Shown: positions 27,307 through 39,340, numbered from the whole stretch's first letter. The stretch: 63,098 nt of DNA, filler included, from Candidatus Tectimicrobiota bacterium (GCA_016193065.1; 6 parts of 6 records of this genome joined end to end with filler, not necessarily neighbours in it), one strand, 5' to 3'. Program-made: numbers and translations. The notes: generated by a model from the sequence alone, not told the origin.

Positions 27307-27888
27307 TCAGCTCCCCGGGCCACCCAGGGGAACCGACTCCAGCAACGAATACTCGGCGCCCGTGGGCTTCAGCGTGCTGCGCATCAAATCCACAGCGCTG
27401 ACCTCGAAGATTCCCCCATGTCGTCTTTTCTCGGTATGCAGGAGCCGGATCAGTTGACCCCGTCCTCGGGAAACCGCCACGCGGCCCATGGTCAGATGAG
27501 GGGTATAGTCCCGCTCCTCGGGCTCAAATCCTAACTTCCGAAATCCTTTCTCTAGCTTTACCTGAAGCCGTTGCAGTTCGCCGCTGGCATCCTCCAAGCC
27601 TATCCAGATGATCCTCGGATAACGCGCATTAGGAAAGGCATCAACCTCCGTAATCTCCAGCGTGAACGGAGAAGCGCCACGGGCAGCTTCCACCATCACA
27701 CCACGAATTTCAGGAATGCGTTCCTCCTCGACCTCTCCCAGAAATTTCAGGGTAACGTGGAGCCCCTCCGGCCTGATCCAGCGGACGGCAATATCGGCGT
27801 GGCGAAAGAGATCCTGAACGCGGCCCAATTCCTGCCTGATGTGCGCAGGGATGTTAATCGCGACAAACGTCCGCAGTATGGGGCTCAT
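27307..27888 (-). CDS. thpR: RNA 2',3'-cyclic phosphodiesterase
   Basis: Two HxT motifs: HVTLKFLG and PHLTMGR. Confidence 0.92.
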   Translation of the reverse strand: MSPILRTFVAINIPAHIRQELGRVQDLFRHADIAVRWIRPEGLHVTLKFLGEVEEERIPEIRGVMVEAARGASPFTLEITEVDAFPNARYPRIIWIGLEDASGELQRLQVKLEKGFRKLGFEPEERDYTPHLTMGRVAVSRGRGQLIRLLHTEKRRHGGIFEVSAVDLMRSTLKPTGAEYSLLESVPLGGPGS

Positions 27889-27889
27889 A

Positions 27890-28375
27890 TTAGTTGAGGG
27901 GTAACCTCCCTGTCAAATGCTCTTCCAGGAGAGTTAAGGTCCGCTGCGCGGCTGCAAGCTTCACAGCCAACCGATCTCCGGGAAACAGAGCGTGCTCCAC
28001 GTGAACTCCGTCCGCCGAGGCCAGGGCAATAAAAACCGTTCCTACGGGCTTGGCCGGACTTCCCCCCGTGGGCCCCGCGATTCCAGTAACGGCCAGACCC
28101 AAATCCACCCCTGCGCGGTCTCTTACCCCTCGCGCCATGAGTTCAGCGGTCCGGGCACTGACCGCCCCGGATTCGGCCAGTACACTCTCTGGGACACCTA
28201 GAAGATCGATCTTAGCCTGGTTGCTGTACACGACGACTCCACGTTCCAGGTAGGCGGAGCTTCCGGAAACATTGGTGAGGCGATGGCAGATCAGGCCCCC
28301 GGTACAGGACTCAGCTACGGACAGCCTCAACCCTTTTTCCCGGAGCAATCTTCCGATCCGTTCCTCTAGATCCAT
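27890..28375 (-). CDS. cinA: CinA C-terminal domain protein (NMN deamidase)
   Basis: AESCTGG, GSSAY, YSN..K, TGIAGP.GG. Confidence 0.92.
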   Translation of the reverse strand: MDLEERIGRLLREKGLRLSVAESCTGGLICHRLTNVSGSSAYLERGVVVYSNQAKIDLLGVPESVLAESGAVSARTAELMARGVRDRAGVDLGLAVTGIAGPTGGSPAKPVGTVFIALASADGVHVEHALFPGDRLAVKLAAAQRTLTLLEEHLTGRLPLN

Positions 28376-28827
28376 CCCGCCAACCCTCCCGGCAGTCGAT
28401 TCACGCCATGGAGGATCCCGTTGGTTATAAGGCCCGCCAGGACGTCATCCGCCATCACGCCAAATCCCCCGGGGAGTTTCTCAAGAGAGGGAACTGGTTT
28501 CCAGATGTCGAAGATCCGGAAGAGAATAAACCCCGCAGCGACGCTAAAAACGGACAACGGGACCAGAAAGAGGCTCAAAAGCATCCCCGCTACCTCGTCG
28601 ATGACGATGGCAGGAGCGTCTTTGCACTCGAGCAGGATCTCCGCCCGCCGGGAAATCTCGACTCCGAGGACAATCACCCCCACTCCGACAATACCGAAGG
28701 GTAGCGTTCCCAGCCGGGATAGAAGCAATGCCAAAGGGACCGCCACAGCCGCCCCGAGGGTTCCCGGTGCCACCGGGCTCCGGCCCACCCCTCCTGCGGT
28801 AGCCAACCACAGGATCAGCTTCTCCAT
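28366..28827 (-). CDS. pgpA: Phosphatidylglycerophosphatase A
   Basis: APGTLG, IVIDEVAG, FRIFDIWKP, GVMADD. Confidence 0.95.
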   Translation of the reverse strand: MEKLILWLATAGGVGRSPVAPGTLGAAVAVPLALLLSRLGTLPFGIVGVGVIVLGVEISRRAEILLECKDAPAIVIDEVAGMLLSLFLVPLSVFSVAAGFILFRIFDIWKPVPSLEKLPGGFGVMADDVLAGLITNGILHGVNRLPGGLAGWI

Positions 28828-28840
28828 AAAGCCCGTTCGC

Positions 28841-30001
<1,161 letters not shown>

Positions 30002-30008
30002 GTTCCCC

Positions 30009-30809
30009 TCAGATCGTTCCCAGGAGGTAGCGGGCATAAAAGTAAAGGAGCGGGGCGGCAAATAGGAGGCTGTCCAACCGATCCAGGATGCCGCCATGCC
30101 CCGGGATCATCCCCCCCGAGTCCTTGACCCCCGCACTGCGCTTGAGCATGGATTCCACCAGATCTCCAAGCTGTCCCGAAACGGCCAGCAGAGAACCGGC
30201 CGCCAGCCAACGACCTCCTCCCATCACAGGAAGAAACCAGACTGAGGCGCCGTATGCGGCTGCCAGGCTCCCCCCGAACCCAGCCACGGCTCCTTCCACC
30301 GTTTTCTTGGGGCTGATTTGGGAGGCCAGCGGACGTCTTCCCAGAGAGCTTCCCACGCAATACGCAAAGGTATCTCCTATCATAATCACCATGAACAAAA
30401 AGTAAAGGAAATGGTGCCCTTCGGGAAGGCGCCGCAGGGCAATCAGAAACCCGGAGAGCCACCCCACATACAGGATACCCCAGAAGGTCCCCCCGAGCTT
30501 ATCGATCACACGATCGTACCTTTGCGGGGAAAGCAGGTGAACGACTGCCAGAATCAAGACCGCCCAGGTGAGAACCATTACGGGGGCTAACGTCCAGGTC
30601 AGCGCAAAGCTGGCCGTCACCACAGCCCCCAAGAGGATCCCTGCCTTCCCCCAGCAGGAACTCCCCGCACCGGCAGACAGCGAATAGAACTCCCGAAGCC
30701 CGGCTGCAGCTACCGCTACCACCAGAGCAGAGAACGGCAAAACGCCGGTATACTCCACCAGCAGGTAGAGAAGGGGAAGAAGAAGCGCAGCGCTGATGAG
30801 CCGCCGCAC
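30009..30809 (-). CDS. cdsA: Phosphatidate cytidylyltransferase
   Basis: SPKKTVEG, GDLVESMLKR..GVKDSG..IPGHGGILDRLD. Confidence 0.97.
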   Translation of the reverse strand: MRRLISAALLLPLLYLLVEYTGVLPFSALVVAVAAAGLREFYSLSAGAGSSCWGKAGILLGAVVTASFALTWTLAPVMVLTWAVLILAVVHLLSPQRYDRVIDKLGGTFWGILYVGWLSGFLIALRRLPEGHHFLYFLFMVIMIGDTFAYCVGSSLGRRPLASQISPKKTVEGAVAGFGGSLAAAYGASVWFLPVMGGGRWLAAGSLLAVSGQLGDLVESMLKRSAGVKDSGGMIPGHGGILDRLDSLLFAAPLLYFYARYLLGTI

Positions 30810-30812
30810 CGG

Positions 30813-31619
30813 CTAATCTCCGCAGTCCAATTGCTCTGGAGTGAATCCAAAGCGTCGCTGGCGCTGCTGATAGGAGAGGAGAGCATCCAGGAGATGCTGT
30901 CCGCCGAAATCGGGCCACAGGACATCGGTGAAGTAGAACTCCGTGTAAGCAACCTGCCACAGGAGGAAATTGCTGATTCGCAGCTCCCCGCTGGTGCGGA
31001 TGAGCAGATCCGGGTCGGGCAAATCGGCGGTATCCAAGCTGCCTGCAAAGAGCTGTTCGTTGATCTCTTCCACCCGGACTTCCCGAGCCTGAACCCGCAG
31101 CGCCAGCCTGCGGGCCGCCTCCACGATTTCTTCCCGGGCCCCGTAGCTCAAGGCCAGGGTCAGCACCATGCCGTTGTTTTTCCGGGTGCGGTCCTTGGCA
31201 GAAGCGATCTTTTCCTGAACGAGCTCGGGAAGGGCCTGAATACACCCGATCGTGTTGAAGCGGATGTTTTCCCGCTCCATGCGATCGATCTCCTTGACCA
31301 GATGCTCGTCCAGAAGGGCCATGAGCGCTTCAATTTCAATCTGGGGACGGTTCCAGTTTTCACTCGAGAACGAGTACAAGGTAAGAGCTTCGATCTCCAA
31401 CTGACGGCAGTTGCTCACCAGTTCCTCCACGGCTTTCGCCCCGGCCCGATGTCCCATCACACGGGGTAAACGCCGCCGCTTTGCCCAACGCCCGTTGCCG
31501 TCCGTGATGACGGCGATGTGGCGGGGAAGATGAGCCGGATCGATCCGGGACAGTTGCGCTGGAGTCAACACAGGCTTTTCTCCTGCCAGGGTCCTGTTGG
31601 GCCCGAGTCCCGATTCCAT
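30813..31619 (-). CDS. uppS: Undecaprenyl diphosphate synthase
   Basis: DGNGRWA, FSSENWNRP, RTSGELRISNFLLWQ; start uncertain. Confidence 0.97.
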   Translation of the reverse strand: MESGLGPNRTLAGEKPVLTPAQLSRIDPAHLPRHIAVITDGNGRWAKRRRLPRVMGHRAGAKAVEELVSNCRQLEIEALTLYSFSSENWNRPQIEIEALMALLDEHLVKEIDRMERENIRFNTIGCIQALPELVQEKIASAKDRTRKNNGMVLTLALSYGAREEIVEAARRLALRVQAREVRVEEINEQLFAGSLDTADLPDPDLLIRTSGELRISNFLLWQVAYTEFYFTDVLWPDFGGQHLLDALLSYQQRQRRFGFTPEQLDCGD

Positions 31620-31682
31620 AAAATGGCAGCATTGGGAAGAGAAAAAAGGTAGGCCACCCAACCGGCGGTTCCCGTTGTCTCC

Positions 31683-32252
31683 CTAGACTTCCAGAACCTC
31701 TTTTTCCTTTTTGGTCGCGATGGCATCGATTTTGCCGATGTGCTGATCCGTAAGCTTCTGGATTCGGTCCTGAGCCTTGCGCAATTCGTCCTCGGAGATC
31801 TCTTTGTTCTTTTCCAACCCCTTCAGGCTCTCGTTGCCTTCTCTACGGATGTTGCGCACGGCAACCCGGGCTTCCTCGCCCATTTTCCGTACCACCTTGA
31901 TCAAATCCTTGCGCCTCTCCTCGGTCAGAGGAGGAATGTTGATCCGCACAATCTTGCCGTCGTTGCTTGGCGTAAGACCCAAACCGGACTTCAGGATTGC
32001 CTTCTCAATCTCTCCAATCAAGTTCTGATCCCACGGTTGGATGGTGATGAGCCTGCTCTCGGGGACGGAAAGGGTGGCCACTTGATTCAGGGGCATGTTG
32101 GTCCCATAGTAGTTCACCGTGATCCCTTCCAGCAAAGCCAGGGACGCTCGCCCGGTCCGGATTCCCGACAAATCTTTCTGCAGAACTTCCACGGAACCAG
32201 CCATCTTTCTGTCCACGTCTTTGAAAACCTTTTCGGTGGCGCTATCGGGCAT
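31683..32252 (-). CDS. frr: Ribosome recycling factor
   Basis: [21 protein letters not shown]. Confidence 0.98.
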   Translation of the reverse strand: MPDSATEKVFKDVDRKMAGSVEVLQKDLSGIRTGRASLALLEGITVNYYGTNMPLNQVATLSVPESRLITIQPWDQNLIGEIEKAILKSGLGLTPSNDGKIVRINIPPLTEERRKDLIKVVRKMGEEARVAVRNIRREGNESLKGLEKNKEISEDELRKAQDRIQKLTDQHIGKIDAIATKKEKEVLEV

Positions 32253-32967
32253 TGCTCCCTCCCTGCACGATGGTCCCGATGGACTCCCCTTGCAGAACGC
32301 GGCGCACGTTCCCGCGGACCTGTAAATTAAAGACGATGATCGGCAGGTTGTTATCCATGCAGAGCGAGATGGCCGTGGCGTCCATGACCTTGAGCCCCCG
32401 TTGCAGCACGTCGCTATAGCTTAAGTCCTCGAAGCGCTCGGCCGCGGCCGCTTTCATCGGATCGCCGCTGTAGATCCCATCGACCTTGGTGGCCTTCAGG
32501 ATGACCTCGGCATTGATCTCCATGGCCCGCAAGGAGGCCGCCGTATCGGTCGTGAAATAGGGGTTCCCGGTACCCGCGACAAACAAGACGACCCTGCCTT
32601 TTTCCAGATGGCGGATGGCCCGCCGCCGGATATAAGGCTCGGCCACCTCATGCATTTCGATAGCGGTCAGAACCCGGGTATCGACCCCGTGTTCTTCCAG
32701 GGCGGCTTGCAGGGCCAGACCGTTGATCACCGTGGCCAGCATCCCCATGTAATCGGCCGTGGCCCGCTCGATCTTGTAGTCGGTCCCCTGCAGACCCCGG
32801 AAGATATTGCCCCCGCCGATGACGACAGCCACCTGGGCTCCGAGGTCCCGGACTTCTTTAATTTCCTCGGCGATGGCGTGAAGTTGGGCGGCATCGACGC
32901 CGTAGCCGCGCTCACCGGACAGCGCCTCTCCGCTCAACTTCAGGAGAACTCGCCCATATTTCAGCAC
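32242..32967 (-). CDS. pyrH: UMP kinase
   Basis: [24 protein letters not shown]. Confidence 0.98.
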   Translation of the reverse strand: MLKYGRVLLKLSGEALSGERGYGVDAAQLHAIAEEIKEVRDLGAQVAVVIGGGNIFRGLQGTDYKIERATADYMGMLATVINGLALQAALEEHGVDTRVLTAIEMHEVAEPYIRRRAIRHLEKGRVVLFVAGTGNPYFTTDTAASLRAMEINAEVILKATKVDGIYSGDPMKAAAAERFEDLSYSDVLQRGLKVMDATAISLCMDNNLPIIVFNLQVRGNVRRVLQGESIGTIVQGGSNAR

Positions 32968-33115
32968 CGCTTGGCTCCCGCAGGTTCAATCATCCATTTG
33001 GATCGAACCAACCCAGAGGCCCATGCTTTTGCCCCCCGTGCACGCCGAAAAACTTTCTCTGGGGGCTGTGAGCCTATCCAGTTCCTCCGCCTCCGCGCTC
33101 TGCGCGAGAGGTCCC

Positions 33116-33712
33116 TCAGTCCCGGCCTACCTGAAAGCGGGCAAACTGCTTGACCTGTATGTTTTCGCCAATCTGGGCGATTTTTTGAGAGATCAGATCC
33201 TTCACGGTTAGATCGGGGTCCTTTACGAACGGCTGTTCGAGCAGACAGGTCTCGGAACAGTACTTCTCAAGCTTACCTTCGACGATCTTGTCGATGACTT
33301 TTTCGGGCTTCCCCGAATTGCGGGCCTGCTCCCCGTAAATTTCCCTCTCTTTCTCCAAAACCTCCGGGGGAACTTCGTCGCGGCTCAAGTAGAGGGGGCT
33401 GGCGGCCGCGATGTGCATGGCCAGGTCTTTGACCAGTTCCTGAAACTGGGGAGTGCGGGCTACAAAATCCGTCTCGCAACCCACCTCCACCAGCACTCCG
33501 ATCTTCCCCCCGGCATGGATGTATGAGCCCACAAGCCCTTCGCGGGTCGCCCGGCCGCCTTTTTTTGCCGCTGTGGCCAGACCCTTCTTGCGCAGGTAGG
33601 AAATGGCCGCCTCCATGTCCCCGTTGGATTCCCTGAGGGCCTCCTTGCATTCCATGACCCCAACACCCGTTTTTTCCCGCAGGTCTTTGACCATTGCTGC
33701 TGTAATCGTCAT
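33116..33712 (-). CDS. tsf: Elongation factor Ts (short form)
   Basis: [22 protein letters not shown]; 198 aa. Confidence 0.98.
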   Translation of the reverse strand: MTITAAMVKDLREKTGVGVMECKEALRESNGDMEAAISYLRKKGLATAAKKGGRATREGLVGSYIHAGGKIGVLVEVGCETDFVARTPQFQELVKDLAMHIAAASPLYLSRDEVPPEVLEKEREIYGEQARNSGKPEKVIDKIVEGKLEKYCSETCLLEQPFVKDPDLTVKDLISQKIAQIGENIQVKQFARFQVGRD

Positions 33713-33746
33713 GATTCAACTCCCGGATAGAGAAGGAAGTAGATGT

Positions 33747-34544
33747 TCAGGCATTGGTTTCGGCGGGGGCTTGACTCGCTTCGACTTCATCTTCTGCTGC
33801 GGTTTCCACTAGAGATTGGGCGGGTTCTTCCGTGCCAACGGCCGTGCCCGCCGTGGCACTCGAGCGGGCGCGCCCCTCAAGGACAGCATCGGCAATCATG
33901 CCCGTGATCAGGCGAATGGACCGGATGGCATCGTCGTTTCCGGGAATGACGTAGCTCACTTCATCTGGATCGCAATTCGTATCCACAAGAGCAATCGTCG
34001 GGACGGAGAGCTTGCGAGCTTCGCTCAGCGCGATCCGCTCTTTTTTGGTATCCACGAGGAAAACCGCCCTGGGCAGGCTGTCCATATCCTTAATTCCCAA
34101 CAGATACTTTTCGAGCTTGGCCCTTTCCTTCTCCAGATGGATGACTTCCTTCTTGGTAAGGGACTCGAATGTCCCGTCCTGTTTCATGCGCTCGATTTCT
34201 TTCAGGCGGTTGACGCTTTTGCGGATCGTACTGAAATTAGTCAGCATGCCCCCCAGCCAACGCTGGTTCACGTAAAACATCTGGCAGCGGCTGGCTTCTT
34301 CGCAAATGATCTCCTGGGCCTGTTTTTTCGTGCCCACGAAGAGGATGGAGCCTCCTTCGGCGGCCACGTCTCGGGCAACCTTGCAAGCCTCTTTTAACTT
34401 GCGAACGGTCTTTTGCAGATCAATGATGTAGATGCCGTTTCGGGCTCCAAAAATGTACTTTTTCATCTTTGGATTCCAGCGCTTGGTTTGATGCCCGAAA
34501 TGGGTCCCCGCTTCCAGAAGCTGCTTCATCGTGATCGTGGCCAA
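33747..34544 (-). CDS. rpsB: 30S ribosomal protein S2
   Basis: [26 protein letters not shown]. Confidence 0.99.
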   Translation of the reverse strand: MATITMKQLLEAGTHFGHQTKRWNPKMKKYIFGARNGIYIIDLQKTVRKLKEACKVARDVAAEGGSILFVGTKKQAQEIICEEASRCQMFYVNQRWLGGMLTNFSTIRKSVNRLKEIERMKQDGTFESLTKKEVIHLEKERAKLEKYLLGIKDMDSLPRAVFLVDTKKERIALSEARKLSVPTIALVDTNCDPDEVSYVIPGNDDAIRSIRLITGMIADAVLEGRARSSATAGTAVGTEEPAQSLVETAAEDEVEASQAPAETNA

Positions 34545-34626
34545 ACGTTCTCCTCCTCCGTACCTTGCCCTCCTCTAGAGCACTCTTAAGAAGTAACCGC
34601 CGCCAGCGGTAGTGTGTAATCTGTTG

Positions 34627-34655
34627 ATATTATCACGTCTTAGCTGACTTCGCAA
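34627..34655 (-). promoter_or_regulatory. Sigma-70-like promoter of rpsB-tsf
   Basis: TTGCGA-N17-TAATAT with TG extension; followed by a leader containing ACACAC, where S2 autoregulatory leaders are known. Confidence 0.55.
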
Positions 34656-34669
34656 GGATAAAATCACCC

Positions 34670-35887
34670 CTAACTTCGGTAAGCCGCATTAATCCGCACG
34701 TATTCGGGCGATAGGTCCGAGGCCCACACCACCGCTTCACCGGATCCCCGGTGCAGGTGAATCCGCATGGATATGTTCCGCTTTCTCATCAATTTCCTGA
34801 CTTTTGCCTCCTGGGCGGGAGGCAAGGGCTCTCCCCGGCGAACCAGAGAAAACTTTCCGATGGACAAATCGACACGGTCCGGATTGAAAGGGACCCCCGC
34901 ATTTCCAGCCGCAGCCAGGATCCTCCCCCAGTTGGGATCCTCCCCAAACAGGGCCGTTTTCACCAAGGGAGAGTTGGCAATGGCCAGCCCCACGGCTTTC
35001 GCCTGGGCTGCCGAGGGGGCGCCCTGGACGTTTACTTCCAAAAGCTTCGTGGCGCCTTCCCCATCCTGCACGATCATCTTGGCCAAATCCAGACAAACCG
35101 CAAGGAGAGCCTCCTTGAACAGAGCGCCAAAGGGGGTCTTCTCGTCGATCTCCGGGGCCACCCGCTTCTCCCCGGTTGCCAGCAAGAAGACGCAATCGTT
35201 GGTACTCGTATCCCCATCGACCGTGATCCGATTGAAGGACTTTTCGACGGCCTCCCGCAAAATCTTCTGGAGCACCCCTCGACGAGCATACGCGTCCGTG
35301 GCCAGAAAGCAGAGCATCGTGGCCATCCGGGGGGAGATCATCCCCGAGCCTTTGGCAATCCCCCCGAGGCTCACCGGATAGCCCCCCACCTCCCAGCGCA
35401 AAGCCGCAAGCTTGGGCCGTGTGTCCGTGGTCATTATCGCCCGGCCGGCATCTCCTCCCCCGTTTCCGCGCAACGCCTTGACCAGAGAGGGTATAGCACT
35501 GACAATGCGCCTCATAGGCAGCCTTTTTCCAATCACGCCCGTTGAAGCCACCAGGACGCGGCTCGGAGAAACCCCCAGGCAGGCCGCTGTCACCTCCGCC
35601 ATTTTGCAGGCATCCCGGTAGCCCTGCGCTCCCGTGCAGGCATTCGCATTGCCGCTATTGGCCACGATAGCCCGGATCTTCCCGGTGCGGATCTGCTGTC
35701 GGGAGAAGCGCACAGGAGCCGCCTGGACTTGATTCGAGGTAAACACGCCCGCCGCTGTGGCGTCCCGCTCGCAAAAGATCAGGGCAAGGTCCCCGCCCTT
35801 CTTTTTTATCCCACAGTGGACACCGGCCGCCTTCACCCCGGGGACTGCCGTAATCCCTCCCTTCAGACGCTTGAGCCCTTTCCTCAT
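34670..35887 (-). CDS. argJ: Ornithine acetyltransferase
   Basis: NSGNANA.TG, STGVIG, KGSGMI.P.MATML, VDGDTSTND, DGEGATK. Confidence 0.97.
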   Translation of the reverse strand: MRKGLKRLKGGITAVPGVKAAGVHCGIKKKGGDLALIFCERDATAAGVFTSNQVQAAPVRFSRQQIRTGKIRAIVANSGNANACTGAQGYRDACKMAEVTAACLGVSPSRVLVASTGVIGKRLPMRRIVSAIPSLVKALRGNGGGDAGRAIMTTDTRPKLAALRWEVGGYPVSLGGIAKGSGMISPRMATMLCFLATDAYARRGVLQKILREAVEKSFNRITVDGDTSTNDCVFLLATGEKRVAPEIDEKTPFGALFKEALLAVCLDLAKMIVQDGEGATKLLEVNVQGAPSAAQAKAVGLAIANSPLVKTALFGEDPNWGRILAAAGNAGVPFNPDRVDLSIGKFSLVRRGEPLPPAQEAKVRKLMRKRNISMRIHLHRGSGEAVVWASDLSPEYVRINAAYRS

Positions 35888-35908
35888 AATTCATTCCCTA
35901 CCTTCGGC

Positions 35909-36955
35909 TTAGGGAAAAAGGCCGGCCCCTTCCAGCCCCTCTCTCTCGTCGAAGCCGAACATCAGGTTCATGTTCTGGATCGCCTGTCCCGCCGCCCCCT
36001 TCACGAGATTATCAAGCGCGCTCACTACGATGAGCCGGCCCACTCTGCGGTCCACATAGATCCCCACATCGCAGAAATTGGACCCCAGCGTATCCTTTGT
36101 GGCAGGGAACTGGCCGGACTCCCGGACCCGGACAAATGGCTCGGAGGCATACTGCTTCTGGTAGAGCCCCAGCATCGCGCTTTCATCCGCCGAGCCCGTT
36201 AGAGAAGCATACGCTGTCGTCAAGATCCCCCTCGTCATAGGGATGAGATGGGGAGTAAAGGACACCCGCACGGGACCCCCCGCCCGCACCGACAGCTCCT
36301 GCTCGATTTCGGGAGTGTGCCGGTGGCGCCCTAAACCGTATGCGCGCACGCTCTCGTTGCACTCACCAAACAGATAGGCCAGATCCACCTGGCGGCCCGC
36401 CCCGGAAACCCCCGACTTGGCGTCAATGACAATGGAATCCTCCCGGATAACCCCGCACCCCAGAACCGGGAGCAGGGCCAGAATCGCCCCGGTCGGGTAG
36501 CAGCCCGGGTTGGCGACCAAAACGGCGGAATGGATCTCCCGGCGATAGACTTCCGGAAGGCCGTATACGGCGCTGCCCAGAAGGCCCGGAAAACTGTGGG
36601 TGATGCCGTACCATTCCTCGTACAGCCCGGGATCCCGCAGGCGGAAGTCGGCGCTCAGATCAACCACCTTTTTCCCCTGGTCGAGGAGCCCGGGGATCAC
36701 CCCCATCGCGGTCTTGTGCGGCAGGGCCACAAAGACCAGGTCGCAATCGTTGGTAGCCTTAAGATCATCGAGAGAGGTAAAGGAGCCGTCAAAATACCCC
36801 TGGAGGGAAGGAAAGGTGCGGGAGATCACCTGGCCAGCGTAGCGGTCAGCCGTGGCGTGGGTAACCTTTACCCGGGGATGACTCCAGAGGAGGCGCAGGA
36901 GTTCCGCCCCCGTGTACCCGCTGGCACCCGCAATGGCAACCTTGAGCTTGTCCAC
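35909..36955 (-). CDS. argC: N-acetyl-gamma-glutamyl-phosphate reductase
   Basis: GASGYTG, ANPGCYPT, SGVSGAG, DNLVKGAAGQA. Confidence 0.98.
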   Translation of the reverse strand: MDKLKVAIAGASGYTGAELLRLLWSHPRVKVTHATADRYAGQVISRTFPSLQGYFDGSFTSLDDLKATNDCDLVFVALPHKTAMGVIPGLLDQGKKVVDLSADFRLRDPGLYEEWYGITHSFPGLLGSAVYGLPEVYRREIHSAVLVANPGCYPTGAILALLPVLGCGVIREDSIVIDAKSGVSGAGRQVDLAYLFGECNESVRAYGLGRHRHTPEIEQELSVRAGGPVRVSFTPHLIPMTRGILTTAYASLTGSADESAMLGLYQKQYASEPFVRVRESGQFPATKDTLGSNFCDVGIYVDRRVGRLIVVSALDNLVKGAAGQAIQNMNLMFGFDEREGLEGAGLFP

Positions 36956-37073
36956 AGCCTCCCACCCGCAGCCTTTTCAAAAAATGCCAGGCCGCCTGAC
37001 CACCAGGGCCCAAAAAATTAAGGAAGGCCCTCTTTGACCTTCCTTAGGAACAAGTATGACCGACCAGAAAAAC

Positions 37074-37466
37074 CTAGCGCTTGGAGAATTGGAAACGTTT
37101 CCGGGCCCCTTTCTGGCCGTACTTTTTGCGCTCCTTCACCCTGGAGTCCCGAGTCAAGAAACCGGCTCTCTTTAAGTGTTGCCTCAATCCTGGATTGAAG
37201 AGGAGCAGCGCCTTGGCGATCCCATGTTTAACGGCCCCCGCCTGACCCGACAGTCCTCCCCCTTCCACCGTAGCTCGGACGCCAAATTGTCCCGAAGTGT
37301 TCGTCACCTCAAAGGGCTGCTGAATTTCCATCCGGGAAGTCTCGCGTCCGAAGTATTCCTCCACAGGGCGCCGATTCACCAACACAGAGTCCTCTCCCGG
37401 GGTGATCCACACTCGCGCTACCGCGCTCTTTCGTTTCCCCGTTGCGTAATAGTTCATCGTGGTCAA
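37074..37466 (-). CDS. rpsI: 30S ribosomal protein S9
   Basis: [31 protein letters not shown]. Confidence 0.99.
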   Translation of the reverse strand: MTTMNYYATGKRKSAVARVWITPGEDSVLVNRRPVEEYFGRETSRMEIQQPFEVTNTSGQFGVRATVEGGGLSGQAGAVKHGIAKALLLFNPGLRQHLKRAGFLTRDSRVKERKKYGQKGARKRFQFSKR

Positions 37467-37486
37467 GATTCACCTCTCATGGGGCT

Positions 37487-37918
37487 TCAAAGCTCAACCG
37501 TCTCGGGCTTCTGCGCCTGATGGGGGTGCTCAGCGGCCGGGTAGACTTTCAGCTTGCCGATGAGCTGCCTGCCCAGGCGATTTTTGGGGAGCATCCCGCG
37601 CACGGCGTTCTCTATGATCCGCTCCGGTTTTGCGGCCAGGACTTCTGCGGCGCTCTCGGAGTGTAATCCTCCCGGATATCTTGAATGTCGAATGTATTTC
37701 TTGTCCTGGAGTTTTTTACCCGTCAGCACCACCTGAGCCGCATTGACCACGATCACATGATCTCCCGTGTCCAGATGGGGGGTAAACGCCGGCTTGTTTT
37801 TGCCGCGCAAGATCCTGGCCACTTCACTGGCCAGACGGCCCAGAACCTTTCCTCTGGCATCGACCAGGTACCACTTCTTCGCAATTTCTGCCAAGTTTGG
37901 CGTTAATGTTCCGCGCAC
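37487..37918 (-). CDS. rplM: 50S ribosomal protein L13
   Basis: LGRLAS, GKNKP.FTPH.DTGD, GMLPKN.LGR. Confidence 0.99.
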   Translation of the reverse strand: MRGTLTPNLAEIAKKWYLVDARGKVLGRLASEVARILRGKNKPAFTPHLDTGDHVIVVNAAQVVLTGKKLQDKKYIRHSRYPGGLHSESAAEVLAAKPERIIENAVRGMLPKNRLGRQLIGKLKVYPAAEHPHQAQKPETVEL

Positions 37919-37970
37919 TCTGAATTCTCCCTAAAAAATCAAAGACTTGCGAAGGATCAGGCGCACGCAG

Positions 37971-37999
37971 ATGGTACAGTGGTCCCGGCAGTCTGTCAA
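37971..37999 (-). promoter_or_regulatory. Sigma-70-like promoter of rplM-rpsI
   Basis: TTGACA-N17-TACCAT on the minus strand. Confidence 0.65.
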
Positions 38000-38069
38000 G
38001 GGAAATTTAGCCCTTTCCGGCCCGCCGCGCCGGGTTTGGCCCGCCAATTTTTGTGGCGCCACAGGAAAA

Positions 38070-38271
38070 GGGCCGCATCCCGCCCTTCGCTTCCGGGTAC
38101 CCGCCTTGCGGGTGTTCCGCAGCGACCCTGTCGGGCCTGCGCTTGGACGAAGCTTCCGGAATTCCCTGCGGTCAGTTCCGGCTTTCATCCGGCGCAGGCC
38201 TCGGTGGCGGGTACCCGCCTTGCGGGTGTTGCTGCTCCCGGCAGTTTTGCTCAGGGCGGGAATGTCGGCCC
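38070..38271. repeat. Long imperfect hairpin (family C) with two identical GGGTACCCGCCTTGCGGGTG inserts
   Basis: GGGCCGCATCCCGCCCT...AGGGCGGGAATGTCGGCCC; inner GGCCTGCGC/GCGCAGGCC; inserts at 38095-38114 and 38209-38228. Confidence 0.7.
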
Positions 38272-38428
38272 CCTCAGTGCTCTGCTTCCGAGGGGTTGCC
38301 CCCGTAGGCGATCTAAGCGGTTGCGAGGAAGAGACCTCTCAATCCGGCTGATACAACTCGCGTCGCAAGCGCTTCGTGAGCCCAAGGGGGCACCCCGAGG
38401 ATGCCGAAGAGAAACTGGGGGTGGGCAA
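38270..38428. repeat. Dispersed hairpin repeat family A
   Basis: Near-identical to inverted 40911-41001; similar to 62865-63060. Confidence 0.9.
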
Positions 38429-38442
38429 ACCGTGCAGGGGCG

Positions 38443-38471
38443 TTGCCAAACTTCCGGGGGACCACTATAAT
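38443..38471 (+). promoter_or_regulatory. Sigma-70-like promoter of ccdA
   Basis: TTGCCA-N17-TATAAT. Confidence 0.65.
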
Positions 38472-38517
38472 TGCGCCCAACATCTGCTGCGGAAAACGGC
38501 AGGAGGGGAGCAGTTTC

Positions 38518-39264
38518 ATGGAAAACCTCGGGCAAATAACGGTCCTGATGGCCCTTAGCGCGGGGGTCTTCTCGTTCCTGTCTCCTTGTGTCCTGCCCTT
38601 GTTCCCTTCCTACTTATCGTTCATCAGCGGAGTCTCTCTCGATCAGATGCTTGCCCCTTCCGATCGAACCCAGGTTCGCAAACGGGTTGTTTTCAATTCC
38701 CTCTGCTTCATCCTGGGGTTTTCCCTGGTCTTCGTGGCGCTGGGGGCCTCGGTGACTCTCCTGGGGCAACTCCTGCTGAGGCACCAGGTCGTGCTGCGCA
38801 AGGCGGGAGGCATCCTGATCGTGATCTTCGGCCTCTACCTGACCGGCGTGCTCAAACTCCCATTCCTGGCGCGCTACCGCCAGTTCAACCTGGAGAAAAA
38901 GCCATCGGGGTACCTGGGTTCATTTCTCGTGGGCTGCACGTTCTCTATTGGCTGGACCCCTTGCGTCGGCCCCATTCTGGGATCCATCCTCCTGGTGGCC
39001 AGTACGTCCGAGGACATAAGCCGCGGGATCACCCTGTTGCTCTTCTACTCGGCGGGATTGGCCCTCCCCTTTTTCGTGGGCTCCCTGAGTATTGAACGGT
39101 TTCTGCCGCTGTTCCAGCGCTACCGGAAACTCATCCCGGTTCTGCACACTGTGGCCGGCCTCATGCTCATCGCCGTGGGGGTTCTTCTCTACACAAACTA
39201 CCTGACCCGCCTGAACAGCTACGCATTGCAGCTCACGCCGCGCTGGCTCTGGGAACGCCTCTGA
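38518..39264 (+). CDS. ccdA: Cytochrome c biogenesis protein CcdA
   Basis: SFLSPCVLPL.P.Y and GWTPCVGPILG; RBS GGAGG. Confidence 0.93.
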   Translation: MENLGQITVLMALSAGVFSFLSPCVLPLFPSYLSFISGVSLDQMLAPSDRTQVRKRVVFNSLCFILGFSLVFVALGASVTLLGQLLLRHQVVLRKAGGILIVIFGLYLTGVLKLPFLARYRQFNLEKKPSGYLGSFLVGCTFSIGWTPCVGPILGSILLVASTSEDISRGITLLLFYSAGLALPFFVGSLSIERFLPLFQRYRKLIPVLHTVAGLMLIAVGVLLYTNYLTRLNSYALQLTPRWLWERL

Positions 39265-39300
39265 CGAGTCACGCACTTCCGGACCTCGGCTCCACATCTT

Positions 39301-39331
39301 GCTGACCGCTGATTGCTGACTGCTGAATGCT
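39301..39331 (+). repeat. Heptamer tandem repeat (GCTGANN)
   Basis: GCTGACC GCTGATT GCTGACT GCTGAAT GCT. Confidence 0.7.
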
Positions 39332-39340
39332 ATCCTGGAG

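Noticed and set aside
33116-33712. Unusually short EF-Ts
   Set aside because: The roughly 200-aa form is a known variant in several phyla, not a truncation.
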